This document shows, one piece after another, positions 20,616-29,689 of a stretch of 64,000 bases of DNA. A program made the translations under genes and the position numbers. Numbering within the stretch: the first letter of the stretch is position 1; each line of letters starts with the position of its first letter. Below the pieces are notes generated by a model. That model was not told the origin of the DNA. It saw nothing but the letters and a program-made list of their open reading frames with translations, and ran no database searches. Origin of the DNA: an uncultured cyanobacterium (GTDB taxonomy: Bacteria; Cyanobacteriota; Cyanobacteriia; Cyanobacteriales; Nostocaceae); contig CAVUDP010000002.1 of NCBI GenBank assembly GCA_963740315.1, positions 3,840,001-3,904,000 of the forward strand, in the 5' to 3' direction.

Positions 20616-20786
20616 GAAACAAAGTTCAGAAACATTTTCACTTATTGCATAAAGTGCTTCACTTAATCTTTTGACATGAACAAGATTAAACTCTTTGAAA
20701 GAACCATCCTTCAAAAATTCTTGTAACAATCTAGCTTCCGCTAAATTATCTTCTATTAACAAGATGTTTATCGAGTTTGCTGTCAT
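20616..20786 (-). pseudogene. N-terminal fragment of a response-regulator receiver protein (third gene of the phytochrome operon)
   Basis: INILLIEDNLAEARLLQEFL..HVKRLSEAL ends before the phospho-acceptor Asp and is fused out of frame to DUF4437 DNA. Confidence 0.75.
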
Positions 20787-20843
20787 TATGATTTTGGATT
20801 TTAGATTTTAACAACGGATGCTTTTGTTTTAGATTTTGGATTG

Positions 20844-20885
20844 GGAGTTAGGAGTTAGGAATTAGGAGTTAGGAGTTAGGAATTA
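20844..20885. repeat. STRR heptamer tandem repeat (GGAGTTA/GGAATTA x6)
   Basis: Direct reading of six 7-mers. Confidence 0.85.
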
Positions 20886-20897
20886 ATTGATAATTGC

Positions 20898-21356
20898 TCA
20901 CTGTTCACTGTTTTCCGGTGGTAAAGTTACTGTTTCTAACCAAAAGTCTTCAATTCTCTTAAGTATTTTGAACAATTGGCTGATATTGCGAGACTTAGTA
21001 ATGTAACAGTTAACGTGTAAGTCGTAACTGTGAAAAATATCATCCTCGTTCTGTGAAGTTGTCAAAACGATAACCGGAATACGTTTTAACTTGGAGTCAG
21101 TTTTAATTTCTGCAAGCACTTCCCTTCCATCTTTTCTGGGTAAATTCAAATCCAAGAGAATTAAATCGGGGCGAGGTGCTGTGTTATACTCGCCCTCCCG
21201 ACGCAAGAAAGCCATAGCTTCTATTCCGTCTCTAACTGCGAGCATTTCATGGGGTAAAGAACTATTTTTAAAAGCTTCTTGGATGAGACGAACATCTGCT
21301 TTATTGTCTTCTACCAAAAAGATGATTCTGGGTTTTTGTTCCTTTTCTGCGCTCAC
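20898..21356 (-). CDS. rcp1: Single-domain response regulator, Rcp1/RcpA-like (phytochrome partner)
   Basis: [52 protein letters not shown]. Confidence 0.85.
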   Translation of the reverse strand: MSAEKEQKPRIIFLVEDNKADVRLIQEAFKNSSLPHEMLAVRDGIEAMAFLRREGEYNTAPRPDLILLDLNLPRKDGREVLAEIKTDSKLKRIPVIVLTTSQNEDDIFHSYDLHVNCYITKSRNISQLFKILKRIEDFWLETVTLPPENSEQ

Positions 21357-22562
21357 GTTCGCGTCCTTTTAATGGAATAGTAAAATTAAACGTTGCACCT
21401 TCACCTAATTGTGATTCTACCCAGATATTACCCCGATGACCCAAAGCGATTTTCTTACAAATAGCTAAACCCATTCCTGTACCTGGATATTCATCGCGGG
21501 TATGCAATATGAAGGAATATCACAAAAATGCGATCGCTAAATCGTGGTTCGATTCCAATTCCGTTATCGCTTACTGAAAATAGCCATTGATCTTCAGAGC
21601 GAGATACACCAATATGAATTTCTGGTGGTTTTTCACTGCGGAATTTAATCGCATTCGCAATCAAGTTTTGGAATAGCTGCATTAGTTGGGTACTATCAGC
21701 CATGACGGTTGGTAATTCGTCGTGAGTAATTGTAGCACCTGCTTGTTCGATGCGGCTGCGAAGATTTTTTAAGGCTTTTTCTAAAGCTTGTTCTGCTGAT
21801 ATTGGTGCAAACTCAATATTTTGCATATCTACTTTAGAATATGCGAGAACATCATCTATCAAAGTTTGCATCAAGCTTACCCCTCCGACGACATAACCTA
21901 TAAATTCGTTAGCGTCTTCATCGAGTGCATTTTGATAACGCATTTCCAACAGCTGTACGTAGTTTGCTACTTGATTCAAAGGTTCTTGTAAATCGTGAGA
22001 AGCTACGTAAGCAAACTTTTTCAATTCGGCATTAGAGCGTTCTAAATCTGCTGCTAAAAGCGCTAATTCTTCAGCCTGACGCAATACAATATTAACTATT
22101 GCTTTTCGTAATTCTAGTGCAGCTTTAATTTCAACAGGTCGCCAAGGTAAAGATGTTAAACGAACGGTTTGTTTCCACAATTCAAAAGATTTACGGGGAC
22201 ACAAACGTAAATTTTCTTCATCATCATTTATTTCAAATGCTTGATTGGGATTACCTCCTCAATTAACAGTTTCTGACCTAAATTTTTGTGGGATTAATAA
22301 AATCAAGCGAATCTTCTGCCAATCGCGATTTGATTATGCCAATTTTATAAGGGTCTAATAAATCTTCTAAATTTATTTCTAATAGATTTTCTAGAGGTAC
22401 ATCAAGAACTGAAGCAGCATTACGGCTAACTTGTACAATTTTTAAGTCTGGTTCTTCAAGAACAAGTATTACACCGTGATGCTGAATTTGACTGTTCAGA
22501 TTAATTATTGGTTCTTTTAAGCTTGTTAAATTTAGAGAATTTAGTTTTGAATCTATTAGCAT
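21301..22562 (-). pseudogene. aphA: Cph1/AphA-type phytochrome histidine kinase with the GAF and most of the PHY domain deleted, two nonsense codons and a frameshift
   Basis: The PAS2 start (EPIINLNSQIQHHG..NPTKI*) is joined to the PHY end (TVN*GGNP..LCPRKSFELWK). ASHDLQEPL H-box; +1 frameshift at about 21508 in [14 protein letters not shown]. Confidence 0.85.
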
Positions 22563-22658
22563 GATAAAGCTCCTATATTTTTCGTCTTAATGCTAGTTAT
22601 TTATAATTTTCAGTCACCTTACTAATATCTTTAACGTTAAAGCACGAATAACAGTACC

Positions 22659-23087
22659 TTAGAAATAGCGAACTAAAAAGCTATTAATTCCTCTTCTTTT
22701 AGTACCGTATACTCCCCATCCACTTAGAGTACCCGAGGAACCAGCAATAGTTGCTCCTTCCTCAGTTATAACTTCACCCGCTACAGCATAAGCATCCCCA
22801 TCAACGCGGGCATTTTTTTGTAAAATTACATCCCCATCAATAGCGGTCGCCGTTTGTCTGACTCTAGCATCTTCTTCAATAGTTACGTCTCCCCCAATAG
22901 CATGAGCGTTATCTACAACTGTATTTTTAGGAATCCTGACATCACCACCCAGTCGGATAATATTATCGTTGTTAATATCAATATCCGCTTGTGCCAAAGC
23001 TATTGTTGAAAATATTGGTACAAATAAAATAGCACTCAAAATTGATATCAATACCCAATTTAACCATTTTATTCTTAAATATTTCAT
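22659..23087 (-). CDS. Secreted/membrane protein with bactofilin-like beta-helix repeats (possibly 3'-truncated)
   Basis: N-terminal TM and repeated (A/L)IGGDVxI motifs. Confidence 0.6.
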   Translation of the reverse strand: MKYLRIKWLNWVLISILSAILFVPIFSTIALAQADIDINNDNIIRLGGDVRIPKNTVVDNAHAIGGDVTIEEDARVRQTATAIDGDVILQKNARVDGDAYAVAGEVITEEGATIAGSSGTLSGWGVYGTKRRGINSFLVRYF

Positions 23088-23262
23088 TGGCTGATTCCTT
23101 ATTTATAGATGTTTAAATTTTTATTTACCCCTTATAAAAAAGATGGGAAGGGGACAAAAAGAATTAATTATTCAAAACTCCTAACTTCTAAATCTTTAAT
23201 CTTCAATCTAAAATTGCTTAACTTCCGTACTGGTAACTGCTCACTGATAACTGTTAACTGTT

Positions 23263-23889
23263 TTACCCACTACACCAAGTATCGAACATCCGAGTTTCCA
23301 TAGCTTCTGGAAATTCTTCGCAGTATTCTTCAAAGGCAGTTTTAGAAACTCTCTTTGCTTCCTGATGTGCTAACTCTGCTTGCAGTTCGTCAACAATATC
23401 CCAAACAATAGCGCACTCTTCGGAACGAGGAGAGGTTTCTTTGCAAGTAACGCGGGCTTTTTTAATTGCATCTTCAAGTTCTTGTCTTAATACTACTGCC
23501 CGAGGTGATTCTAGAAACTTACTTTCATTAATGATATCGACAAGCGAAATGATACCCATCAATTTTCCTTGAATCACGGGTGCCCTGAGTAAACGATATT
23601 CGGCAAATAACCGCGCTACATATTCTACGCCCAAATCGGGATTGACTACTATGCAGGGTTTACTCATAATTTCATACACGCGCACTTTGGCAGGATCTTT
23701 ACCAAAAGCAATTACTTTGTAAACTATGTCTGCTTCGGTAATAATGCCGTAAGCATCTCGATCGTGACGACGTTCTACAATTAATGCGTGCCAACCTCTA
23801 GCTTGCATTAATTTAACAGCTTCTGCCACAGTTGCGGAACTGCGAACGGTGGCAACATCTGTAGTCATAACGTCTGCTGCTCTCAACAT
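23263..23889 (-). CDS. CBS-CP12 fusion protein
   Basis: CBS pair (AADVMTTDV, YGIITEADIV, IMSKPCIVV) followed by a CP12 domain: C-x9-C, IVWDIVDEL, FEEYCEEFPEA. Confidence 0.9.
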   Translation of the reverse strand: MLRAADVMTTDVATVRSSATVAEAVKLMQARGWHALIVERRHDRDAYGIITEADIVYKVIAFGKDPAKVRVYEIMSKPCIVVNPDLGVEYVARLFAEYRLLRAPVIQGKLMGIISLVDIINESKFLESPRAVVLRQELEDAIKKARVTCKETSPRSEECAIVWDIVDELQAELAHQEAKRVSKTAFEEYCEEFPEAMETRMFDTWCSG

Positions 23890-24566
23890 AATCCACCTCC
23901 GTGGTATTTAGAATGATGTCTTAAACGTGGTTTTAATAACCAAATCAAAGCGATACCTGTAATCGAACTAATGACAATTCCCATTACTGCACCCGTCGCT
24001 ACCGCAATTAAAGATGCATGAATGTTAAAGAAGGGTATCTCAATTCCCGCACCAATAAAAGCTACTACAACACCTAACGACCAAGCCAAAGCATTAGCAG
24101 ACACCCACCAAATTGCTTTTTTAGTTGCAGCTCTGAGAATTAGCCATTGAGCATACCCGATTACTGTTCCGACAGCAGCACCTAATAAGGCAACTTCTTC
24201 TACTAATACTAATGTTGTAATTTTCTGATGGAGATTAGCTGCATAAAAAAGCCCGATAACAGCGCTTACCGTTAATCCCATAAACCAAGATACAAGCACT
24301 CCTGCTGTTGTAAAGAAAACCCAATAACTTGCGTATTGGATATGGCGACGTAAAACCAACCATTGAGCAAATCCTAATAAAAGTCCTTCTAGAGTTCCTA
24401 GTAACAGCAAAACTTGGTATATATTTTCAATGCCAAACTTATCGATTGCTTGACTAAGATAAGCTGCTACAAACCAGCCTATAATTTGAGCTATAGTCGA
24501 AGCTATTACCCATCTTTCCCATAATTTCAAGCTGTTATTTTCTTTGAGTCGATAATGCTTGTGCAT
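23883..24566 (-). CDS. Multi-pass membrane protein with duplicated QWLxLRR..WW repeats
   Basis: About six TM helices. The likely start is the ATG at 24566 with a GGAGA RBS; the longer ORF call runs through promoter box 5. Confidence 0.75.
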   Translation of the reverse strand: MHKHYRLKENNSLKLWERWVIASTIAQIIGWFVAAYLSQAIDKFGIENIYQVLLLLGTLEGLLLGFAQWLVLRRHIQYASYWVFFTTAGVLVSWFMGLTVSAVIGLFYAANLHQKITTLVLVEEVALLGAAVGTVIGYAQWLILRAATKKAIWWVSANALAWSLGVVVAFIGAGIEIPFFNIHASLIAVATGAVMGIVISSITGIALIWLLKPRLRHHSKYHGGGLC

Positions 24567-24674
24567 GATATTCTCCGTCCACAAAGATTTGCTGTTAGCC
24601 TTGGGAGTTAAAAATAAAACTTTTACAGGTTTTAACCTCTGAATTGGTCTATATTTTGTTATATGTGAATAATT

Positions 24675-24689
24675 TGAGGAACTTGTGAG
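24675..24689 (-). promoter_or_regulatory. Direct-repeat box copy 5 (CTCACAAGTTCCTCA)
   Basis: Followed 11 nt later by TATAAC. Internal promoter for the membrane protein and CBS-CP12. Confidence 0.75.
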
Positions 24690-24713
24690 CGTCCGATTCA
24701 CTATGAACCAAAA

Positions 24714-26285
24714 TTACGAATTAGTAATTATTCCGTCAAATTTCCACGAATGCAGAGCGCGTAATTGAGATGTCTTTTTCGATTGATGTTCCTGCATTCT
24801 TTTCAGCACATCATCTAATATGCTGACGGCTTGAGCTTGGTAACGTCCTTTATTTAACATTACGCATTCCGCCCTTTCAGCCATTGCTGCATCGGTCATT
24901 TCAGCGCGAGAGGGAACTCCTTTTTTTACAAATTGCTCTAATACTTGTGTTGCCCAAATCACTGGAACATGAGCGGCTTCACATAGCCAAAGTATTTCCT
25001 CTTGCATTTCTGCTAGCCGCTGATAGCCAATTTCTACCGCTAAATCCCCGCGAGCAATCATCACCCCAAAAGGTTGTTTACCCGCAGCACGGATAATTAG
25101 TTGGGGAAGATTTTTTATTGCTTGGGGAGTTTCAATTTTTGCTACCAATGCGATTTCATCATGCGAACGTTTATGCTTACGAGCTTCTAACTCTTGCTGT
25201 AAAAGTTCAATATCTGCAACCTCTTGCACGCCGGAGTAACCGACGATATCAGCATGGGTAACAATAAAGTCCAAATCCTCTTTGTCCTTATCCGTAAGTG
25301 GACTCAATTTGAGCGAAGTATCTGGAAAATTTATTCCTTTGTCGGCAGAAATTTTTTCCCCTTTGTCCCTAGCATGAGTAATTTTTATTACTACTCCTTG
25401 GGGCATCAAACATTCAACATAGCCACCAATACGTCCATCATCAATCCAAACACTGGCTCCTATTTCCAAGCTATCGATAATTGACGGAATAGTAATTGTT
25501 GCTTGCCAAGATCCAGGAGTTTCAAAATTAGAGCCATTTTGCGATTCTAAATCGGGTAATTCACGTCTTAGAAGTAAAGAATCTCCGGGAAATATATGCT
25601 TATACCCATAAGGAGCAATAACGCGCTCAATTCGGGGTTTTGCTCCTGCCAAATCCATCATAATTTTACAACGCTGTCCGGTTTGGGCTTCTGCTCGACG
25701 GACATGAGAAATTATTGCTTCCCAGGTTTGTGGTGAGTCATGAGCGCAGTTAATTCGCACGCAGTTAGTACCTTTATGCAGCAAATCTTGAATATTTTTG
25801 TAATTGAGGGAGGTGGTTGAGGGTAATGTCGCCATGATTCTTACCCACCGTTGATTGTTGATTGTACCTAAAACATCTTCTGTATGATGTCTGAGAAGAT
25901 ATTCTCCTTCTAAAAAAGAATGTATTGAAGGACGACTGGGGAGAGAATTCGGTTCTGAAGAGCAAATAGCACCCAAAGTAGAAATTACTGCGTCTAAGTT
26001 AGGTAATACTCTTGCTTCTATTCTACCGAGAGATGACAATCCCCAAGGTGTTAAAGCTGCTTGTAAACTACGTAAATCGTGATGCCTTAAAGCTAGATAA
26101 TACGCTAGATTTTCAGCACTTTTGATAAAAGAATCTCGTTGAATATGGGGTTTCCATTGGGAAAATATTTCTTGTCCTTCTTGATATACCGATTGACGAA
26201 TCTCTTCAAGAGTAGCAAGCAATACTTGAGGATCATCTAAATCTCTAGATTGAGTTTCACCACCATGATTTTGGACGCTCAACAT
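24714..26285 (-). CDS. pyk: Pyruvate kinase (atypical: N-terminal extension, no C-terminal allosteric domain)
   Basis: RINCAHD, MDLAGAK, KGINFP, AKIET, MIARGDLAVE, WATQVLE, RAEMTDA, CVMLNKG. Confidence 0.88.
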   Translation of the reverse strand: MLSVQNHGGETQSRDLDDPQVLLATLEEIRQSVYQEGQEIFSQWKPHIQRDSFIKSAENLAYYLALRHHDLRSLQAALTPWGLSSLGRIEARVLPNLDAVISTLGAICSSEPNSLPSRPSIHSFLEGEYLLRHHTEDVLGTINNQRWVRIMATLPSTTSLNYKNIQDLLHKGTNCVRINCAHDSPQTWEAIISHVRRAEAQTGQRCKIMMDLAGAKPRIERVIAPYGYKHIFPGDSLLLRRELPDLESQNGSNFETPGSWQATITIPSIIDSLEIGASVWIDDGRIGGYVECLMPQGVVIKITHARDKGEKISADKGINFPDTSLKLSPLTDKDKEDLDFIVTHADIVGYSGVQEVADIELLQQELEARKHKRSHDEIALVAKIETPQAIKNLPQLIIRAAGKQPFGVMIARGDLAVEIGYQRLAEMQEEILWLCEAAHVPVIWATQVLEQFVKKGVPSRAEMTDAAMAERAECVMLNKGRYQAQAVSILDDVLKRMQEHQSKKTSQLRALHSWKFDGIITNS

Positions 26286-26334
26286 TTCTACTATCTCCCG
26301 ATACTTTTGTTTTTTTATTTATACGAAATAAACT

Positions 26335-26386
26335 TGAGAAACTTGTGAGGTTGTGTCGATATCTCGATATGCTCACAAGTTCCTCA
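26335..26386. promoter_or_regulatory. Back-to-back direct-repeat boxes 6 (26335-26349, minus) and 7 (26372-26386, plus) at a divergent promoter
   Basis: CTCACAAGTTTCTCA + 11 nt + TATAAA faces pyk. CTCACAAGTTCCTCA + 11 nt + TACAAC faces ORF 26593. Confidence 0.78.
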
Positions 26387-26523
26387 TCTTTTTTATTTAC
26401 AACGGAATTGTAAAAGAATGCAGGAGTAATTAGGTTACAAGCATCCGATTGAGGACGAATGATAAAAACCGTTCTTCGCTGTGAAACGGACATTCCACGA
26501 ACGGATGTAAACGCACATTTAAT

Positions 26524-26552
26524 GTAGAGACGTAGCAGTGCTACGTCTCCAT
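26524..26552. repeat. GTAG-type REP-like palindrome
   Basis: GTAGAGACGTAGCAGTGCTACGTCTCCAT hairpin. Confidence 0.7.
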
Positions 26553-26592
26553 AATCTAGGCATTCACCCAAATGTTAATAATTAGAATTATC

Positions 26593-27552
26593 ATGAAAAT
26601 TAAACAACAAAACCTCGAAGCTTATCTCCAATTAGTGGAACAACTGCTAAGTTGTCCTCACGGTGAAGAATGGACATTATTAGAGCGCAACGAACAATTG
26701 GTTAATCCTGAGTTTGTCAAAGTACTCGAACAACTTGCAGTACAAATGGCAGGAGAGGGGAAAGCAGATGCCGCTAAGTATTTGCACCATTGGTCAAAGC
26801 AAATAAATCACCTATTTGAAGTCGCGGTTCATCATGAAAGTAGTGACGAAAAATCTCAAGCTTATCTAAAGCTAATTCAATCTTTATTAGATTGTCCTAG
26901 TGGTTCGGAAGTCGATATTTTAGCAGCAAACGAACAGTTAATTGACGCTAGCTTAGTCAAAATGATGAAACAAGTAGCGGCTCAAATGGGGACACGTAAT
27001 GAAGCAGAAGCGGCTAGTTTTTTAAGTAATTTAGCTGCCGAAATTGGTCGTAATTTAGTGCCAGTTGATAACTATAAAGCCAATTTACAGAAGGATGCTT
27101 CATTAGCTGGTTTAGATAAAAACAATCGCTTTGTCAACTTTGAAAGATTTAACGAACCTTTGGGAATTCCTCAACAAAAGCCAAATAATGGGATAGCAAA
27201 AGAAACTACTGCACCATCCCAACCACAAGTAAATGATTCGACGAAGCAGTGGATTGATGAAAGTCTTGCAGAAATAGCAGAATCATTAAGAAACCTCGAA
27301 GACATTGTGTTTTCAAGACTGCAACCCTCAAATCCCCTTTGGTATATGGATATATTAGAACGCGCTCAAGCTAATGCTTGGGTACTAACTACTGAAGAAG
27401 TAGAAGATTTGATTGGAGTAAAACCTAGATGTGAAGCGGGTAAAAATTCTTATCAGCGAGGCTGTTGGCTATTTGTGAAAGCAGGTAAGATGGGTTCTCA
27501 TACAGGCTGGCGAGTGATGAAGGAAGAGGTTGAAATGTCGGGGGAAATTTGA
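26593..27552 (+). CDS. Hypothetical protein with two AYLxLxxxLLxCPxGxE helical repeats and a C-terminal putative DNA-binding domain
   Basis: Internal duplication is visible; C-terminal WVLTTEEVEDLIGVKP..GCWLFVKAGK..WRV. Confidence 0.7.
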   Translation: MKIKQQNLEAYLQLVEQLLSCPHGEEWTLLERNEQLVNPEFVKVLEQLAVQMAGEGKADAAKYLHHWSKQINHLFEVAVHHESSDEKSQAYLKLIQSLLDCPSGSEVDILAANEQLIDASLVKMMKQVAAQMGTRNEAEAASFLSNLAAEIGRNLVPVDNYKANLQKDASLAGLDKNNRFVNFERFNEPLGIPQQKPNNGIAKETTAPSQPQVNDSTKQWIDESLAEIAESLRNLEDIVFSRLQPSNPLWYMDILERAQANAWVLTTEEVEDLIGVKPRCEAGKNSYQRGCWLFVKAGKMGSHTGWRVMKEEVEMSGEI

Positions 27553-27583
27553 GATTTATTCTCCGTGCAACACGGAGAATATT

Positions 27584-28327
27584 TTATTTACCATTACCAC
27601 CCGGTAGGAGAAGTGGTAAAATATCTTTCAAGCCATCAGGCAGTTTCGCTACTCTTTCAAACAAGCTAGTTATGCCGTTAACCTTTAATGCTAAGTTTAT
27701 AACTTGAGTTGCCATTTCTTGCGCCTGTTTTGGCATTAGACTCCATTTAAAAATTATTCCTCCAGCTACGTTATTAGTAACTTTATTTAATCCACTTGAA
27801 GATACAATTTGGTAATTGGTAATTGCATCTTCAATTTTTCTTAGTTCATTAATCAGAAATAATTTTGTTGCTTTCTCTATTTCCGAATTACGGATTTCAT
27901 CCTGCAAATTTATAATTTGTTTTTGTAGTTCTTCTAATTCTTTGGAAGAAATCTCATTAAATCCTCCAGATTGAGATGTTATTAAATCTCCACAAGCATC
28001 AATTAAATCAAGTGTTTCTTCCCCAATACTTGATTTAATGCTTGCCCAATTTGAACCAGTTAAGTTACTTCTCATCAAAACTTGTTGAATTTTGCTCAAT
28101 GCATTGAGATATTTTTCTTTCCGATTAATATCTATTCCCTGAATATCATCTTTTACATTATTAAAAAGTTCAAATAAATAACTCAGCTTATCAGATATAT
28201 CAGCAGTATCGTTGTTTGCTCCAAGTACTTTAGCCCAGACATTTTGCGCGGCTTGCTTCTCATCTTCATCCCAAGCTTGTTTAAGCAGATTGTAGAGTTG
28301 TTTCCCAGAACTTATCGGCTCTGTCAT
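27584..28327 (-). CDS. Hypothetical helical protein
   Basis: 247-aa ORF with normal composition and no recognised motif. Confidence 0.65.
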   Translation of the reverse strand: MTEPISSGKQLYNLLKQAWDEDEKQAAQNVWAKVLGANNDTADISDKLSYLFELFNNVKDDIQGIDINRKEKYLNALSKIQQVLMRSNLTGSNWASIKSSIGEETLDLIDACGDLITSQSGGFNEISSKELEELQKQIINLQDEIRNSEIEKATKLFLINELRKIEDAITNYQIVSSSGLNKVTNNVAGGIIFKWSLMPKQAQEMATQVINLALKVNGITSLFERVAKLPDGLKDILPLLLPGGNGK

Positions 28328-28468
28328 ACTTTTTATTTAGTATTTAACATCACTCAGTATTATAGCGAAGCTAGCAGGATATTTGCTGTATACAGAAAAT
28401 TATTTTAGATATCCTTCGATTATTTAGTATTACGGTTTAATTAGGTAAGCTATAAATATCACAAATCA

Positions 28469-28499
28469 AAGTGCGACTGACTTGAAGCCAATCGCACTT
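28469..28499 (-). terminator. Hairpin downstream of the outer-membrane protein gene
   Basis: AAGTGCGA / TCGCACTT stem. Confidence 0.5.
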
Positions 28500-28543
28500 G
28501 TGGTTTATTCATAAGCAAATACCATCATTATACGAATCATCAT

Positions 28544-29056
28544 TTAGAAGCGATAACCAACTCCTCCTTGGAGACTAACAGCATCAGCAGAGCTATTTTC
28601 ATAGGCATCAATACCCCATTTTGCATCACCATAAACGATAACGCGATCGCTAACTTCGGATTCTGCACCAAGAGTAATTACAGCAGCATTTCTGTTACCC
28701 AGAGGGGTGTTGTCACCTTCGTCTGTAATCCAGGAATAACCAGCACCGAAGTAAAGGTTAGTATTGTCGGCAATTGGTGTATCAATAGTTAGCATTGGCA
28801 TAATAGCCGCAGCATCACCACCAAATAAAACTGCACCCCTCGCAGACATAGATGCTTCCGGAATTGCATAACGTCCTTGAACGTTACCACCGAATACTTC
28901 ACCATCGTTTCCTTGTCCGCCGCTAGTAACACCTCCTGCAATACCAACACCGATATAACTACCATCCATACCCATCGGTTGGGCAGCAGCAATTCCGCCC
29001 GAAAGAATAACGGAAGTTGCAGCTCCGAGGCTAATTGCGACATTAAAAAATCTCAT
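28544..29056 (-). CDS. Small outer-membrane beta-barrel protein
   Basis: Signal peptide, SYIGVG, alternating beta strands, terminal GVGYRF; GGGAGG RBS. Confidence 0.8.
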   Translation of the reverse strand: MRFFNVAISLGAATSVILSGGIAAAQPMGMDGSYIGVGIAGGVTSGGQGNDGEVFGGNVQGRYAIPEASMSARGAVLFGGDAAAIMPMLTIDTPIADNTNLYFGAGYSWITDEGDNTPLGNRNAAVITLGAESEVSDRVIVYGDAKWGIDAYENSSADAVSLQGGVGYRF

Positions 29057-29203
29057 ACAACCCTCCCGATATAGACTATTCTTAGCTATATCAATTAAAA
29101 GATTTATCTTGATGTAGGATTTTTTCTACATTTTCTCGATTCGATAGAAAGGAATATTTGACAACTTCTACTTTCTATCTACTTTTAAGATAACGAAAAA
29201 ACT

Positions 29204-29218
29204 TGAGGAACTTGTGAG
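29204..29218 (-). promoter_or_regulatory. Direct-repeat box copy 8 (CTCACAAGTTCCTCA)
   Basis: Followed 11 nt later by TATCTT. Faces the OM protein gene. Confidence 0.75.
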
Positions 29219-29288
29219 TATACAAATGTTAATCATACAAATTCACTTATTGTGATAAAGAAAAGAGAGAAAAACGGCTTTCTAGTCC

Positions 29289-29303
29289 CTCACAAGTTCC
29301 TCA
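29289..29303 (+). promoter_or_regulatory. Direct-repeat box copy 9 (CTCACAAGTTCCTCA)
   Basis: Exact consensus. TATCTT follows after 9 nt rather than 11. Confidence 0.65.
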
Positions 29304-29465
29304 AATTTTTTGTATCTTCGTCGTAAAGTGATTTTTTTAATCTCATACTAAAAATTAGATGTGAAGAACTTGTAGAGTTTTAATTCAACTATATCCAACA
29401 ACTTGTAAGTATCATTTTGAAGAAAGTATTAAATATAGCGATACTTAAGTACGAATAATTACTTC

Positions 29466-29480
29466 CTCACAACTTCCTCA
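29466..29480 (+). promoter_or_regulatory. Direct-repeat box copy 10 (CTCACAACTTCCTCA)
   Basis: Followed 11 nt later by TATAAC. Upstream of ORF 29690. Confidence 0.75.
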
Positions 29481-29689
29481 AACTTGTATTTTATAACTAC
29501 AAGTATAAAGATGCTGAGTTAAATTGAATTCAGTAGTTTGCTGTAAATATTAGATTTAACTTGAAATTATATTTCATAGCAAAGTTATATATTCACAATA
29601 GAATTTGTCAAAACCTCAATCTAAACTTGCTTACAGATACATCCACTATATAAAAATCTGTGGAAGTCATATTTAAAGGAAGGTGTTTT

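Noticed and set aside
20496..20786. 96-aa ORF as a real gene
   Set aside because: It is a chimera of a receiver-domain N-terminus and out-of-frame DUF4437 sequence across a deletion junction.
26257..26571. 104-aa ORF upstream of pyk
   Set aside because: It spans two promoter boxes and a REP-like palindrome, so the region is regulatory.
29362..29376. Twelfth copy of the direct-repeat box (TGAAGAACTTGTAGA), and partial matches near 3235, 4641 and 32036
   Set aside because: Both half-sites are degenerate or only one is present, so these were not counted.
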